NCBI RefSeq assembly: GCF_006345805.1
Contig: NC_042998.1
Coordinates: 70,060,001 to 70,124,000 of the forward strand
Direction of reading: 5' to 3'
Origin: Octopus sinensis
Taxonomy: Eukaryota
Length of the DNA: 64,000 nt
Part shown: positions 62,561 through 64,000 of the stretch, one piece after another
How positions within the stretch are numbered: the stretch's first letter is position 1
How the letters are laid out: each line of letters begins with the position of its first letter
Made by a program: the position numbers and the translations under genes
The notes under the pieces: model-generated
Databases searched by the model: none
What the model was told of the DNA's origin: nothing
The model's input: only the letters and a program-made list of their open reading frames with translations

Positions 62561-64000
62561 TGAAACCGTAGATGAGGCTACACTATAACAGATTATATTA
62601 ATAAATGCAGAAAAATGAGGAGAAATGGTTTATCATGATTTAAAGTTCGTGCTAAAAATTGTTGTTACTGCCACCATTATATTTATTATCAATAGCAGCA
62701 AGTTGAAACACCGAAAGGAGAACATTTTATTCGAATTCGCAGTTGAACCTGATTACTGGTCTCAAAAAAAAGTGATGGTTAAATGTATTTTATATATTAT
62801 TATCAGGTATTGTAAAGTTTAGCATTTGTAGCTACTTAGGAGAGTTCTCTTGTAAGTTGTCTATGTATGAAGAAGAAGGGGCACGCGTTTGTCATTTTGG
62901 TATCTGTAGCAGTATAATAATTATGCTTTGAATGCTGTTGAAGAGGACTAGTTCATTGGATTCTCTTTCTGGTATTTTTGAGGTCACTGTTCATGGAAGC
63001 AGCACAAGTCTAACAGCACGTATTTATATTGAGTTTGTGTATGTAAAAGGATAAGGAGGAGTAAAGTGTGGTCTCATCTATAGAGGTGTGTCTGTTGTTA
63101 AGGAAGAACAAAGTTCAGTTCATGAATATACAGAAGAAATAGTGTGAGAGACGTAACAAAAACTAGAAGTACACTATGGTTGACAGAATGTGATTTGGAG
63201 AAAGATGACGCAGACGGAGCTGTCTAGCAGAATATTTCCGACTCAGAAAACGAGAAGCAAATTGATCCCATAGGCAGACAACGTAGCTAACAAGATTCCA
63301 TAGATATACAAATTGCTTGAAAATATTTCACAAGCAGACAACTTAGCTACATAGATCCGGTACAAGAGATATGGTCAGAAACTATGCAGATCTCAAGAGC
63401 AATATCTTAACAGCGGCTGTAAACGCCTCTCAGTTTGTGATTGTAGGTGACTTCATGTAGTCTCTGTTCTTCGTTCGTTCTGTTTCCGTGCAAACTGAAG
63501 TGAACCACTTAACAGGCCTGAGGTTTTAGCTCTGTGAAGAAGGTGGTTTCGGTCATACCCTCCTAGTCGTTAACGTATAACTAGCAAAACCCCAACCGGG
63601 TAGATGATTTGATGTATTAGAGGGTACATCAAGGGTGGAGTGTTGTGTGGTAGGTTTCCCTGAAAAGCCAGTGGCCACAATATATGATGCGGGATAAAGA
63701 CTTTGATAGCTAGGTGATAGCTATTAACAAGAGCATGTTGTTAATAATAGTAAAATATCCAATGTTTTTACCAATGATTTTAGAACAAAGAAATATAGAG
63801 TATATTAAAGTACCTGAAGATGAAGGTTTATAGAGGTGACGTGAGACAGATGTCTTTTTTGTTGGATAAGAGATACCGAACAACTACTTATGATTAATAA
63901 AATTTGAGGAGAGGTAGTGATAGTAGATAAACTTAAAGAAATGCGGACAATGGATTTTGAATTAGAGATAGCGAAAATCATAAGCATTTATGTCTAAAGA

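Overview
Repeat-saturated, AT-rich eukaryotic DNA with no convincing intact protein-coding gene. Most long ORFs in the track are translations of microsatellites. The SINE, LINE, Penelope and mariner families resemble those I recognise from Octopus genomes; this is an inference from recall, not a database result. Contents: three families of tRNA-headed SINEs (about 25 copies); fossil LINEs of R4/Dong (RLE), RTE, L1-Tx1 and CR1/L2 type; Penelope-like fragments; five Tc1/mariner relics from at least four families plus a pogo/Tigger relic; two non-autonomous Helitrons; and very large di- and tri-nucleotide tracts. The most interesting signals are RNA-structural and architectural. (1) A 379-bp RTE-derived mini-retroelement with an exact 11-bp TSD whose 5' end begins at an HDV-ribozyme-like P1 helix. 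(2) Two convergent Penelope-type minimal hammerhead motifs with reciprocal defects. (3) A LINE relic whose 3' tail is shared with the commonest SINE. (4) A Penelope RT/GIY-YIG inversion joined at a hairpin. (5) An interleaved inverted-duplication knot beside a Helitron. (6) A 75-nt G.U-rich hairpin. Boundaries of degenerate elements are approximate (within tens of bp) unless TIRs or TSDs are quoted.
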